From the IMG/VR virus record IMGVR_UViG_3300031758_000022, positions 39,023 through 103,022 of that record: a stretch of 64,000 bases of DNA, one strand, 5' to 3'. This document shows, in pieces, positions 1-10,265 of the stretch. Within the stretch, counting starts at the first letter, position 1, and each line of letters starts with the position of its first letter. The position numbers were made by a program, and so were the translations under genes. Source of the DNA: a virus. The notes below the pieces were generated by a model. The model was not told the origin of the DNA, searched no databases, and was given only the letters and a program-made list of their open reading frames with translations.

Positions 1-449
1 TCTCTATTTAGTGAATTAGTAACAGCATCTACAAGTCTTATCAAATCCTTTCTTAAGTAAAGAGTATTGCTATAAGAAGTTGTAAATAATTTGCTAAAAT
101 TGTGTTTATTAACAACAACATGATCTGAATCATTTACATTTCTTACTATAGAAAAGTCATACTTCTCTTTTGCTTCTTTTAGTTTGTATCTAGGAATTAA
201 AGCACTACGATGGATATAAAGTTTTTTAATATCTTTTAAGTCATAGTCTTTGTTTTCTATCATACCGACTTCTTTTAAAATAGAATTTGATAGGTAAGCA
301 GTGCCACCAGAATACGGTAGTGTATCATTAATTGCAAGCCAATGACCTTCAACTGTTGATGACATATCATTATAAAAAAAGTCTTTAATATATACATACT
401 TTAAAAACTTAACACCAGGTGTATCAAGGATTTTTATTTGTGATTCCAT
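1..449 (-). CDS. Hypothetical protein (partial, runs off the left edge)
   Basis: ATG at 449, frame MESQIKILDTPGVKFL... open to position 1; not in the ORF track. Confidence 0.7.
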   Translation of the reverse strand, partial: MESQIKILDTPGVKFLKYVYIKDFFYNDMSSTVEGHWLAINDTLPYSGGTAYLSNSILKEVGMIENKDYDLKDIKKLYIHRSALIPRYKLKEAKEKYDFSIVRNVNDSDHVVVNKHNFSKLFTTSYSNTLYLRKDLIRLVDAVTNSLNR

Positions 450-469
450 AATTTTATTATTAGTAAATT

Positions 470-498
470 AAAAAGTGAGCCCTGAATGAGCTCACTTT
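470..498 (-). terminator. Intrinsic terminator
   Basis: AAAGTGAGC/GCTCACTTT stem with a T-run on the minus strand, after ORF 519-785. Confidence 0.7.
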
Positions 499-518
499 AT
501 TATGATCAGTGCAAGCAC

Positions 519-785
519 TTATTTTATTCTCCAAACACGAACCCCGGTACCATAAGCTTTAAAAGCATATTCTGCTTTAGTCTTACTCATCTTAGAGTAT
601 CTGCTTGCAGATGTTCTAATGCTATTGAGAAGAGCATGAGGACTTTTAGAAGTACCAGAAGATAAATCTACAAAAAAGCTGTTAGTAACTTTGAGTTTGT
701 CAAAAGGATACTTTCTGGATCTTCCTCTTCTTTTAAAGCAGCTTGCAGGAATTTTAACTCCTTCTTCAATTTGAATCATTGTCAT
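519..785 (-). CDS. Small basic protein, putative DNA-binding
   Basis: 88 aa, basic, KYPF..L.V..SFFV...VRVWRI pattern seen in phage proteins. Confidence 0.55.
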   Translation of the reverse strand: MTMIQIEEGVKIPASCFKRRGRSRKYPFDKLKVTNSFFVDLSSGTSKSPHALLNSIRTSASRYSKMSKTKAEYAFKAYGTGVRVWRIK

Positions 786-796
786 GTGGGTTTTAA

Positions 797-1996
797 TTAT
801 TGAACTGTTAATTTTACAATTTCTGGATCAAGAAGTAGTTTTTGGAACTTAGTCCTGTTACCTGAAATGATTGTTTTGATAATTACATAGTGTAAATCAA
901 GGGTGAATAGCTTCTCAGACTTCATGATATTTTTAATTCTATCTAGAATTTTATCATTGATGCTATTACCATTAGAATGAACAACTGCATAGTTACTAAA
1001 ACGGGTTGCCATTAAGCTAGCAATATCAGCTCTATAACCGGATGAGTCATTCATACTACTATGTAACTTTGTCTCAACACTATCCCAATTAGCATCCAAA
1101 AGTATATCATGAGGAGATATCAAAATATCTAACTTATTGGCAATGAATGTAGTAAACATTGAAGTAAACTCTTCACCTACACTACCTTCACCAATCATCT
1201 GAATAATTCTCAAATTATCCTCAAATGATTTAATGGAGCTTATAGAATTAAAGAAAGTAGTTATACTCCTAGGATTAATATCTCCACTTACTAGTTCAGG
1301 ATTCATTAGTAAGAAGTTAATACATCTGCTGTCAACCTTATTTTCTTCTGCCCATCTTGCCCAACACTTAATATCAAACTCAAGATGAGTGGTAATAAAT
1401 CTGGTTCTTTGAGCTTTGTCAATACTGTTTACTAGATACTCACCGTTATCAGGATTAGAGGTTAGTACTATGTGCCAGTCTTTAGGTAGTTTCCAAGAGA
1501 TGTACTCTTGTCTATCTATTACCTCCATTACTGCTTGAACAAAGCGTAGATCAGCTCTAGTCCAGTCATCCAAAATTAGAATACCACCCTCTTCTTTGCC
1601 TTGAATCCATTCTGGCGCAGCATGTGTCATTCTTTTCTCACCTGTAGGTTTGTACCCACTAGAAATATACATTGGCATAGTAGACTCGGTAACCCATTTA
1701 ACTAGTGTTTCTGAATCTTTTGTCTTAATCATCTCATGCTCTTTCATAGGATAACCTACAAGGTCACCTAGCTCCTCAATGTGGCTCAAATTGAGCTTTA
1801 TACATTGTAGATTGAGCTCTTCTGCAATTTGGAGAATAGTGCTAGTCTTGCCAAGACCTGCTTCTCCCTCAATATTTATAGCAACTGGTTTCTTACCTTG
1901 CCCTTGAATATGCCTATTATTTTCAATCATGTGCTTAATGAAATCCTTAAGCTCATCAGTGTTCAAATTTACATGTGCGTGTGTTTTCTTTGACAT
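797..1996 (-). CDS. MoxR-like AAA+ ATPase (partner of the DUF2201/VWA protein)
   Basis: Walker A GEAGLGKT, Walker B ILILDD, sensor-1 LTSN, R-finger region QRTRF. Confidence 0.85.
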   Translation of the reverse strand: MSKKTHAHVNLNTDELKDFIKHMIENNRHIQGQGKKPVAINIEGEAGLGKTSTILQIAEELNLQCIKLNLSHIEELGDLVGYPMKEHEMIKTKDSETLVKWVTESTMPMYISSGYKPTGEKRMTHAAPEWIQGKEEGGILILDDWTRADLRFVQAVMEVIDRQEYISWKLPKDWHIVLTSNPDNGEYLVNSIDKAQRTRFITTHLEFDIKCWARWAEENKVDSRCINFLLMNPELVSGDINPRSITTFFNSISSIKSFEDNLRIIQMIGEGSVGEEFTSMFTTFIANKLDILISPHDILLDANWDSVETKLHSSMNDSSGYRADIASLMATRFSNYAVVHSNGNSINDKILDRIKNIMKSEKLFTLDLHYVIIKTIISGNRTKFQKLLLDPEIVKLTVQ

Positions 1997-1997
1997 C

Positions 1998-3185
1998 TTA
2001 ATTTAGTTTGATTACTTGTCCTGGTAATTGTTCATTTAATTTAGATCTTTCACTTAGTACCCAAAGGATTCTTCCTTTTGGTTTTTCTGGTGCAGGAGCC
2101 TCACCATCTGTAAAATATATAAGACTAGTATATATTCTTTGATTTGCATTATAATACTCTATAACAGGTTCAAAGCTAGTACCGCCTCTACCATAGATTT
2201 TGATATCTACACCTGGTTTATATGAGCCTATATTAGAAATAGCGGCATCACATTGTACAAGGGTAATATCAACACCTGTTCTGTGTATATGATTAATTTC
2301 AGAAAAGAATTCCTGAAGCTCATCATTACTTACAGAACCGGATGTATCTATAGCTAGCAAAATATGCTGGCGCTTTTTGATTTTTAATCCGGGATTATCT
2401 TCAAATCTCTTGTTAAACTTTCTTCTAAGTTTCTTAGTATAAACCTTATTTGAATTTCCAACAAATCTTCTAAGATATCCTCTCCAATCAAACTTTGGCG
2501 GTTCTAGATTCTCAAAAGATTTTAGTATCTGTTCAATCTCTGATGGAACAGTACCTCTACCTTTCTTAATTTCTTCTGCTAGTTTCTCAATGTTATACTT
2601 AACTTGATTTTTAATCAACTTCTTTTCTGAGTCACTAAGGTCATTGTATTCTTCCCAAGTATCATGGTTTGGAACCAATGTGTCATCTACATATATCTCT
2701 ACTTTATCGCTTTTCATAGACTCAAGGAGTTTATTTAGCAAAGGAGAGGTATTATCTTTTTGTGCCTGAAGCAAGAGGTCATAATAAGCTCTTGTACCGG
2801 CTTTTATTGGAAGATTTAGTTCTGGAAATGTCTTTAAAGTAACACCACCTTCTGGTAGTTCATCCTCACTAATATATTGATTAATTTCAATATCTGCAGC
2901 AATGTTAAAAACATCTTTATCTGAAAAGAGATCTCCCATCATTGGATGAAAGAAGGCCAGGTGTAACATTTCGTGTTTTGTTAAACCTAGTTTGTGTTTT
3001 TCACTTAGACTCTCCCAAAAGTTTTCATTTATATAGAGCTTATAAGAAATTCCACTTCTTGCCACACCGGCTGTAGGAACTTTTTCTGTCCAGACTTTAT
3101 CAGTCATAATAAGAAAAAGCCCGTAATAGGGCTCTCTCAATAATAAATCTTTACAAATTTTGGATATACTTTTATTCTTATCCAT
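1998..3185 (-). CDS. DUF2201-type metallopeptidase plus VWA domain protein
   Basis: HEMLH (HExxH), MIDAS DTSGS, GRGGTSF and YFTDG motifs. Confidence 0.85.
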   Translation of the reverse strand: MDKNKSISKICKDLLLREPYYGLFLIMTDKVWTEKVPTAGVARSGISYKLYINENFWESLSEKHKLGLTKHEMLHLAFFHPMMGDLFSDKDVFNIAADIEINQYISEDELPEGGVTLKTFPELNLPIKAGTRAYYDLLLQAQKDNTSPLLNKLLESMKSDKVEIYVDDTLVPNHDTWEEYNDLSDSEKKLIKNQVKYNIEKLAEEIKKGRGTVPSEIEQILKSFENLEPPKFDWRGYLRRFVGNSNKVYTKKLRRKFNKRFEDNPGLKIKKRQHILLAIDTSGSVSNDELQEFFSEINHIHRTGVDITLVQCDAAISNIGSYKPGVDIKIYGRGGTSFEPVIEYYNANQRIYTSLIYFTDGEAPAPEKPKGRILWVLSERSKLNEQLPGQVIKLN

Positions 3186-3187
3186 TA

Positions 3188-3706
3188 CTAGTAGTTTTTT
3201 CTTTTAGCATATTGGGCCATTAATAAAGCATCAATTAAGCCATCATGAGGTTTTGTAGCTCTGGTGCCAAATGTAAGTTTCTGTCCTGGGAATATTCTAT
3301 TAACAGCAATTAATGCCATAGCCTTGGTATCATTATTAGTTCTACCAGGTTTTTTAATTACCTCTACTCCTTGAAACATCTCTTTTTGCCATTGCTTTGC
3401 CGGTACCTTAGTATAAGGAATCTTTAATGCAATAGCTATCATTTCTATAGCACCTGACTGATAACCCATACTAAAGGCTGTAGCTTTACTGGTGCCAAAT
3501 ATGACACCTAGTTTTTCAAAAACCATATGAATCTCTCCATTAGCTTTAGCAAGATCTGTTGATTGAATATATTCAATAAGATCAAACAAATCAGAATAAG
3601 AAATTTCATCTTTTATCAATGGAATAGGATATGTTGTCACCTCATCTGAAGAGATAACAGCTATGCCTCCTTTTTTTCCAATATCAATGCCTATGTATGT
3701 TTTCAT
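3188..3706 (-). CDS. RuvC-like Holliday junction resolvase
   Basis: YIGIDIGKKGGIAV, central E, C-terminal DGLIDALLMA. Confidence 0.8.
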   Translation of the reverse strand: MKTYIGIDIGKKGGIAVISSDEVTTYPIPLIKDEISYSDLFDLIEYIQSTDLAKANGEIHMVFEKLGVIFGTSKATAFSMGYQSGAIEMIAIALKIPYTKVPAKQWQKEMFQGVEVIKKPGRTNNDTKAMALIAVNRIFPGQKLTFGTRATKPHDGLIDALLMAQYAKRKNY

Positions 3707-4683
3707 GTTTTTAATGCTTGATTGATAAGTGGTGTTAATGTTTGTTTGACTTTTAGTTGGCCGTGCTTTTTAATAGAATCAGATATATCTTTTTCTAATG
3801 GTAGTACAACATAAGGAAGTTTAAAAGCTTCTTTATATCTTTCCATTGCAGTCATACCGGCTACATCATTGTCAAAAATACATACAATCTTTTTGTAATT
3901 AGCTTTTAGGTTCCTTACTATTTCTTCTCTAAGCATGCTACCTTCAGAATCAGGAGCTATAAATTCTATAGGATATCCTAATTTTACTAGAGACATGCCA
4001 TCCTTTAAAGAAGATACTATAACTAACAAAGGTTTTTTAAACTCAAGCTGTTCCATTCCCTGGACATAATCTTTAAGCTTCATAAACTTTTTATCTTTGT
4101 TATAAGGCTGATAAATCTTGTACAGAGTACCATCCTCACGGAAGAAACCATATACATAAGGCTTTTCACTTGTAAAGAAGCTATACACACCATTCTCTAC
4201 TTTGCTAAAAGTAAAAGAACATAAAGGTTCTATGTTATACTTTCCAAGAATATCAGAGTCTATACCGTAGCTTGTCCAATAGTCTGCATCATTCTTATTC
4301 CATTTCCTAGTATTATAAGTTTCAAGCTTATAATTAACTTTTGGAACAATCACTTTTGTTTTTGCAGATTCACCGGTGCGCTTTAAGTAATTAGTGTAAT
4401 CACTAACTATTTTGTTTACAGCATCTCCTAAACTCAGATTAAACATTTCCATGACTAAAGTAATGCCTGTACCACCTTTATCTGTTGAAAAGTCCTTGAA
4501 GTAATAATCTCCATTTTCTCTACAAAAAATAACCATTGATGGAACAGAATCTCTAGCATTAAAAATAGACTTGATTTTTACATCTTGTCCTACTAGTGTT
4601 TCTGGTAATGAACAATACTGCTCAAATATCCAGTTACTTGGTACATCATATGTACTGCTTACTATAATTTTAGTACTAATCAT
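3703..4683 (-). CDS. DNA primase (Toprim domain)
   Basis: FKDFS N-terminal region, SSLKD, Toprim FDND.AG, KDISD. Confidence 0.8.
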   Translation of the reverse strand: MISTKIIVSSTYDVPSNWIFEQYCSLPETLVGQDVKIKSIFNARDSVPSMVIFCRENGDYYFKDFSTDKGGTGITLVMEMFNLSLGDAVNKIVSDYTNYLKRTGESAKTKVIVPKVNYKLETYNTRKWNKNDADYWTSYGIDSDILGKYNIEPLCSFTFSKVENGVYSFFTSEKPYVYGFFREDGTLYKIYQPYNKDKKFMKLKDYVQGMEQLEFKKPLLVIVSSLKDGMSLVKLGYPIEFIAPDSEGSMLREEIVRNLKANYKKIVCIFDNDVAGMTAMERYKEAFKLPYVVLPLEKDISDSIKKHGQLKVKQTLTPLINQALKT

Positions 4684-4693
4684 GGTAGAAAAT

Positions 4694-4723
4694 AAAAAAA
4701 AGGGGCCGTGATGACCCCTTTTT
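4694..4723 (-). terminator. Intrinsic terminator (possibly bidirectional)
   Basis: A-run, GGGG...CCCC stem, T-run. Confidence 0.6.
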
Positions 4724-4735
4724 AATTGATAACCC

Positions 4736-5458
4736 TTAATCCAAATCTAAATTAAAGTCAGAAGCAATAATAGTTGTTGTTGGAACATCAACCATCATAC
4801 CCGCTGTTGGCTCACTTGTACCAAATGATGCAACAGTTGCGCCTCCATCAGTTTTAGCTTTTTTAATATGTTCTTCTTCATTGAAGATCATAACTTTACC
4901 ATCATTATCAGCACTTTTATAAGAAAAAGCACCTTTTACAGCTTTAGGCAAATACAGATCAAAGTTGATATAACCAGCTTTGTTCAAATATTCACGGCCT
5001 GCCACACACATGCTAAGCATTTTACCTTTGAAAGGTTTGTCACTATTGAACTGCTCTACTAGAGATTCAATAGTATCATGCTGATTATCTTGAGACTCAA
5101 GCCAAGCTGCAGAATTTGTTTCTACACAAAGGTTTCTTAGAGCTTTCAAAACTTCCATATCACGAGAAATAACAATACCACTCTTAGTAGTGCCATCAGC
5201 AAAAGGCCATTCAGTTAATCTAACTTTGCCTATTTGACCTGCATATCTTCCCAAATCCGGTTGGTCCTTATCAATATAAAAACCTTCAAATTCAGGGCCC
5301 ATATCAGGACCTTCTACTTGAAGCGCCATATGATAAGCACCTTCTTTATAAGGAACTTTTTCAAGTGTTACACTGTTGATTGAGCATTGAATATTACCAG
5401 GTTGTAATACTTTTGGAGTTGCTGAACCGCCTCCAGGAATTTTAGTTGTACTAATCAT
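4736..5458 (-). CDS. Putative ssDNA-binding / replication protein
   Basis: Lies between the Sak4-like ATPase and primase; acidic tail DFNLDLD; function inferred. Confidence 0.45.
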   Translation of the reverse strand: MISTTKIPGGGSATPKVLQPGNIQCSINSVTLEKVPYKEGAYHMALQVEGPDMGPEFEGFYIDKDQPDLGRYAGQIGKVRLTEWPFADGTTKSGIVISRDMEVLKALRNLCVETNSAAWLESQDNQHDTIESLVEQFNSDKPFKGKMLSMCVAGREYLNKAGYINFDLYLPKAVKGAFSYKSADNDGKVMIFNEEEHIKKAKTDGGATVASFGTSEPTAGMMVDVPTTTIIASDFNLDLD

Positions 5459-5479
5459 GTTACTTTTTTATAAAACTTA

Positions 5480-6229
5480 TTAATCAATGAATATTCTATC
5501 CCAGTGTGTTTTAAATGTACCATCTTCTAGGATTTCAGATAATACAATTTCCTGATTTCTAAGGTGTTCAGGACGTGCACCACAAGATATCTCATCAGTT
5601 GTTTTGAAACTTAAGATGTTCTTGTTTCCTTTTCTATACAGATAACCAATGGCATCTGATTTAGAACTGGCAATTCTTTTAAGTTTACCTGTCAAATCTA
5701 AGTCAAGAGAGCTAAACTCCGAACCATTTTTTTCTAACAAAGTGTCCTTAACGTGACATAATTGGATTGTTCTTGGAGCCCATGTGCTAATATAACCTAC
5801 AGTGTTAACGTAAGCTTCTCTTAACCAGGGATATCCAGCACCATTAGCCATATTTAAAATAGTGCCATATTTAGGCTTCCCTTCTGTAAACCAGTTTTTA
5901 CCCATAGGGGACTGTGAATACAAATGTTCAGCATAAGGAATACACATTTCTTCAAGTGCAGTTCCTGTATCAATTGTAACATACTTGTAAGGCATGTTAG
6001 CTCCTTTAATAGCTTTACCAATAGCATTGATTTCAGCTATTGATTTAGCTTTAAGCTTCATAGCTTCAACATAATCAGTACCGTCTTCTAGGTCTAGAAT
6101 AAGGTTGTCATCTAGTTGAGCTACTAAACTTGTCTTGCCTACTTTAGGCTTAGAAAAGATAATAAGATTCTTTGGACTTTTTACTTCTGCTGACTGTCTA
6201 GTCATTGGAAGAATAATGGTTTCACTCAT
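5480..6229 (-). CDS. AAA_24 / Sak4-like ATPase (recombinase)
   Basis: SKPKVGKT P-loop, LDLEDG, VTIDT, DAIGYL. Confidence 0.75.
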   Translation of the reverse strand: MSETIILPMTRQSAEVKSPKNLIIFSKPKVGKTSLVAQLDDNLILDLEDGTDYVEAMKLKAKSIAEINAIGKAIKGANMPYKYVTIDTGTALEEMCIPYAEHLYSQSPMGKNWFTEGKPKYGTILNMANGAGYPWLREAYVNTVGYISTWAPRTIQLCHVKDTLLEKNGSEFSSLDLDLTGKLKRIASSKSDAIGYLYRKGNKNILSFKTTDEISCGARPEHLRNQEIVLSEILEDGTFKTHWDRIFID

Positions 6230-6753
6230 TTTTTAATACTATTAATTAGTTCGTTTAACCATGCTTTCTCACTTACTGGTTTCCAGCTCATAATAGCAGC
6301 AAAGTCCTTGATAGTCATTTCAGAAAAAGGAAGATCCCCTAAACTTGACTCTAGGCTAGTAAATCTGTCTACAACAGCAGGAGTATCAGGAATTTTAATT
6401 AGCTCACTAACAGGAACTAAATACCTAACATGTCCTAAAGCGTTAGCTTCTGTTATTTCATACTCAGATTGCCAATGAGGATTGTACCTCCATAACCATA
6501 GTTCACGGTTATCACTTTCTGAAATGTAGTCCCTACTAACAGCTTCGGTGTATATATCTTCTGCTCTTTTTAGTTCACTCTCAAAAAAGCTTACATATAA
6601 CTCATCTTTTCCAGATGGTCTATATGCCATTTTTGGGAAGAACAAAGCATTAGGTACACCTAGTCTGTCAAATGAGGGCTGATGTTTCTCCCTAAGGAGA
6701 GAAATTTTTTCCTTTGTTGACAAAGGCTCACTTGTTTTTGTACTTATACTCAT
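6226..6753 (-). CDS. Hypothetical protein
   Basis: 175-aa ORF coupled to its neighbours. Confidence 0.6.
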   Translation of the reverse strand: MSISTKTSEPLSTKEKISLLREKHQPSFDRLGVPNALFFPKMAYRPSGKDELYVSFFESELKRAEDIYTEAVSRDYISESDNRELWLWRYNPHWQSEYEITEANALGHVRYLVPVSELIKIPDTPAVVDRFTSLESSLGDLPFSEMTIKDFAAIMSWKPVSEKAWLNELINSIKK

Positions 6754-6764
6754 TACTTATTTAT

Positions 6765-7757
6765 TTATATTGTACCAACTCTTTTCACAGCTTGTGGTGG
6801 AGTAGGCATTTCTGTTATTTGCATTCTTTCAAACTGAGCTTTAAAGAAGCTCATCCTTGTGTCACCATTTCTGCATTTTAGAAAGTGCATTACAAGAGTT
6901 TTATCATCTTCAATGATATATTTGTCTGGACCATAGAGCCTTATTTTTTGTTTGCCAGGTCTATTAAGTCCTATTAGTGTATCTGCATGCTGTAGCAATG
7001 CATCACCACCAAAGATATCTGACTCAAGTATGTAATTGCCGTATTTTCCATCTTCACTTCTTTCAGGAGAATCAACATTACGGTTCAATTGACTCAGAAC
7101 AATAAATGCTATAGGATACTTTCTCTTTAGTTCAGTTAGAGCTTCACCAAGATTATACAAAGTATCAAATTTTTCTTTTTCAAAAGATGATTTTTTGAGC
7201 AACAGACTGTGATCCAGAGTGACTATAGTATTAGTATACTGTACTCTACCATCTTCATCTCTTGTAGCATGAGTATTCATGTACATTTGAATCTGTTCTT
7301 TTAGCTCATTAACCGTGATAGGTGTTTCAACCACATCAATAGGCTCATCTTTTCTTTTTTTAGCATGAGCAAGACATTTTCTCAAATCTTCTTTGCTCAA
7401 AACACCATCAGCACTACATAGATATTTATAGGTCCTCCCTAAAATACTTGAATATTCCCTGATAGCAGTAGTTCTTGCTAGCATCTCGAATTGGAATTCT
7501 AATACTCTAAATGTTTCTCCAGGATTTAATGTGGAAGCTTCTCTGATTATTTGATCTTTAACCAAAGTCTTTCCAGCACCGGGTCTACCACCTATTACAG
7601 TAAGTGAATGCCATTCTATTCCGTCTGTAGTTGCATCATTAAATTTATCCCAAGGAGTTTTTATACTCTTTATACGACCTTCCATTCTCCCCTGCATGTA
7701 TTCTAAGGACTGCTGAAATCCTTCTTTGTGACTTTTCCATAAGGCAGGTGTTTCCAT
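6765..7757 (-). CDS. dnaB: DnaB-like replicative helicase
   Basis: GGRPGAGKT, FEM, LSQLNR, KCRNG. Confidence 0.85.
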   Translation of the reverse strand: METPALWKSHKEGFQQSLEYMQGRMEGRIKSIKTPWDKFNDATTDGIEWHSLTVIGGRPGAGKTLVKDQIIREASTLNPGETFRVLEFQFEMLARTTAIREYSSILGRTYKYLCSADGVLSKEDLRKCLAHAKKRKDEPIDVVETPITVNELKEQIQMYMNTHATRDEDGRVQYTNTIVTLDHSLLLKKSSFEKEKFDTLYNLGEALTELKRKYPIAFIVLSQLNRNVDSPERSEDGKYGNYILESDIFGGDALLQHADTLIGLNRPGKQKIRLYGPDKYIIEDDKTLVMHFLKCRNGDTRMSFFKAQFERMQITEMPTPPQAVKRVGTI

Positions 7758-7820
7758 ATTTTTTGAGATAAAAATACCGGCATAGCCGGCATGACTGTAA
7801 ATATAATAAAACTTTTAGGT

Positions 7821-8390
7821 CTATACAACCTTTTCAGAAAAATGATTTGGGTCTTCTGTGGTATCTCCTGTAACTATTAAAGAACAGTAATTTGCTAATT
7901 CAGATTCCCTGGTCCTATCAGGATTAGCTTTAGTAATAAAGTATTGAGAAGTTCTCATATACAAGTATCCCTTAAGCTCATACTCATTAACATACATTGC
8001 TGTAGCCTTAAGTACAGTTTCCCAATCATAGCCATAGGTTTTGAAAAACCATGTAAAACATTGCTTTAGATTTTTCTTATCTGCACGCGCTTGTTTGCCA
8101 CTTGGCAGTTTACCTTTTGGGAAAAGACTCAAATATTTTTCAATCATGTCATCTAGTAAAACTATAGTTTTTACAGCTTTACTGGATGGTTTAGGCAAAG
8201 AAGACACGGCCTCTAAACCTAATGGTGTAATCTTACCTTTAGCATCAAGATGAGTGCTATTTTTTAAAGCTCTTACCTCAGTATGAACATTGATATTCAA
8301 AGGAATCTCTTCATACTGTAAACACCACAGCAAGTAAAGCTGATTAGGTGTTAGTTTGCTATCCTTAATGCTTTGAATCAGACTTTGCAT
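7821..8390 (-). CDS. Hypothetical protein (possible replication initiator / helicase loader)
   Basis: Immediately upstream of DnaB; function inferred from position only. Confidence 0.5.
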   Translation of the reverse strand: MQSLIQSIKDSKLTPNQLYLLWCLQYEEIPLNINVHTEVRALKNSTHLDAKGKITPLGLEAVSSLPKPSSKAVKTIVLLDDMIEKYLSLFPKGKLPSGKQARADKKNLKQCFTWFFKTYGYDWETVLKATAMYVNEYELKGYLYMRTSQYFITKANPDRTRESELANYCSLIVTGDTTEDPNHFSEKVV

Positions 8391-8853
8391 TTTCTAGTTT
8401 TTTATCTAAATAATTAGAAAATTTCTTCATGAACTCTTGATACATAGTAACAAAATTGGGGTCATTCATATCTAAAAAATTCATACTTGCTTTACAGGCA
8501 TGAACCCAAGTAGCATGATGCTTACCAAAATATTCCTGTATCTCTCTATAAGTATATCCTCCAGAATATTTAGCAGTATATGCCATTATAAATCTTTTGT
8601 AAATATGAGGATGCCTTTGAGTTTTTGTAATAGATTCAGGATAAGTTTCTTTCATAAATTCATATATATCACTCATTGTGAATGATCTAAATAATCTAGA
8701 AACTTTTTTGTTTGCCTTAATCATTAGAGTTCTATCATCCTCAGGCATATAGACAGATATGTATCTTTTCTTACTATTAGCAACAAGCGCTGTGATAAAC
8801 TCTGTAAAATCAGAAAGCTCTAATACTAGATTGGATTTCTTATTCATCACCAA
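8365..8853 (-). CDS. Protein with DnaA C-terminal-like helix-turn-helix
   Basis: YTYREIQEYFGKHHATWVHAC resembles the DnaA domain IV signature (xxEIGxxFGxxHxTVxHA). Confidence 0.6.
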   Translation of the reverse strand: MVMNKKSNLVLELSDFTEFITALVANSKKRYISVYMPEDDRTLMIKANKKVSRLFRSFTMSDIYEFMKETYPESITKTQRHPHIYKRFIMAYTAKYSGGYTYREIQEYFGKHHATWVHACKASMNFLDMNDPNFVTMYQEFMKKFSNYLDKKLENAKSDSKH

Positions 8854-9557
8854 ATAATTTTAGGTTGATTTTGTAATTCTAAATAGGCGTTTACCCTATT
8901 GAACATATCTTCACAATTCCATGTCTGACCTGTATAAGCTGCAGATGCTGGATGATTAACAGCTATTTTATAGTTGTTATCCGGAATCAAGTCCATATAT
9001 TCTTGAGCTTTCTTGCCTAAAAACACATAGATTAATCCAGGTTTGTTCCAGATCAGTGCATCTAATAGAGTAACCATAAAAGGTCTCCATAGTAATTGAT
9101 GAGTACCTGGTTTTCCAATAGTAGTAGTAAATGCTGAATTAAGCATTAAAACACCTTGGTCAGACCATCTAGATAAATCATTAGTCTTTGGAGCTATAAG
9201 TTCTGGCGGTACTGTTTTATCAATAGCATCCATAATATACTTCAAAGAAACTTCTGTTTTATCTTTAATACTACAAGAAAAGGCAATGCCGTCTGCAGTA
9301 TTTACTTGAGGATAAGGGTCTTGACCAATAATAACAACTCTAGTGTTTTCAAAAGGACATGTTTCTAGGGCCCTAAAAAAGTACTTAACAGGAGGTGTAA
9401 ATCTTTTACCATCTTGAGATTCTGCTAACAAAACTTCAAGAAGAGTATCCATTTCAGTACCTAATAAGTAACTTCTAAGTTTTAAATCCCAATCAGATCC
9501 GGAAAGTTTAGAGTATAACTTTTCTTTTACATCTTGTAAATTGACAGAACTTATCAT
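8847..9557 (-). CDS. ung: Uracil-DNA glycosylase, family 1
   Basis: VVIIGQDPY, ADGIAFS, QGVLMLN, HPAS. Confidence 0.92.
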   Translation of the reverse strand: MISSVNLQDVKEKLYSKLSGSDWDLKLRSYLLGTEMDTLLEVLLAESQDGKRFTPPVKYFFRALETCPFENTRVVIIGQDPYPQVNTADGIAFSCSIKDKTEVSLKYIMDAIDKTVPPELIAPKTNDLSRWSDQGVLMLNSAFTTTIGKPGTHQLLWRPFMVTLLDALIWNKPGLIYVFLGKKAQEYMDLIPDNNYKIAVNHPASAAYTGQTWNCEDMFNRVNAYLELQNQPKIIW

Positions 9558-9580
9558 AAGTTTGTATAAATTAAATAGTT

Positions 9581-9904
9581 ATGAGTGAAAAAAAATCTGT
9601 GGAAGTAGAAATAATACCTACAGAAGCTATTATTGAAATAAAAGTTTCTGGGGAATTTGCGGCTAGACTTAAGTCTCTTATTACTGATTTCTTTCCTTAC
9701 AAAAGTAATGAGCATTACTCAGAAATAATTGGCCACATTAAAAATAATACTAACCAAGATGACCCATATGTCTACCACTTTAAGACTTTGTTGGCATTAC
9801 AAACTCATCTAGAATTAGAAGCGAGAGCCCAAAAAATGACTAAAATGGTACCATTAGAATCAGGTAATATTAAACAAGAGGAAAATCCACAGCCTCCCCA
9901 ATAG
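9581..9904 (+). CDS. Hypothetical protein (opposite strand to its neighbours)
   Basis: 107-aa ORF filling the gap; no minus-strand alternative. Confidence 0.65.
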   Translation: MSEKKSVEVEIIPTEAIIEIKVSGEFAARLKSLITDFFPYKSNEHYSEIIGHIKNNTNQDDPYVYHFKTLLALQTHLELEARAQKMTKMVPLESGNIKQEENPQPPQ

Positions 9905-10247
9905 TAATAACTGCCTCTATTGCTAAACTTAATTCTTCTTTAGAGCAATCCTTAAAAGACTTATATTCACCGTCATTGGTGTATAACTGTGCTTTGTGTT
10001 TAACAATTGCCTTTAATTCTTCTTTGTCATAGCCTAAAAATTTAGAGAGCTCTCCAATACAAGCATGAACTTTAGCTAATTGAGCTAGTGTTCCATCTGC
10101 TGTTTGTTCTTGATATGTCACTTCAATAACATCATCTTCTTTAAGATTTTTGACAAACAAGTCATATTTGAGCTTGTCTATTTCTCTCTTGAAGACGAGT
10201 TTTCCTTCCTCCATTTTATAGAGGATTGATAATGGTAATTGCTTCAT
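9870..10247 (-). CDS. Hypothetical protein (NinB-like?)
   Basis: TLAQL..VH...GY..EELK...KSF..CSKEEL pattern. Confidence 0.55.
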   Translation of the reverse strand: MKQLPLSILYKMEEGKLVFKREIDKLKYDLFVKNLKEDDVIEVTYQEQTADGTLAQLAKVHACIGELSKFLGYDKEELKAIVKHKAQLYTNDGEYKSFKDCSKEELSLAIEAVITIGEAVDFPLV

Positions 10248-10265
10248 AGTGGGAATCTTATTAAA

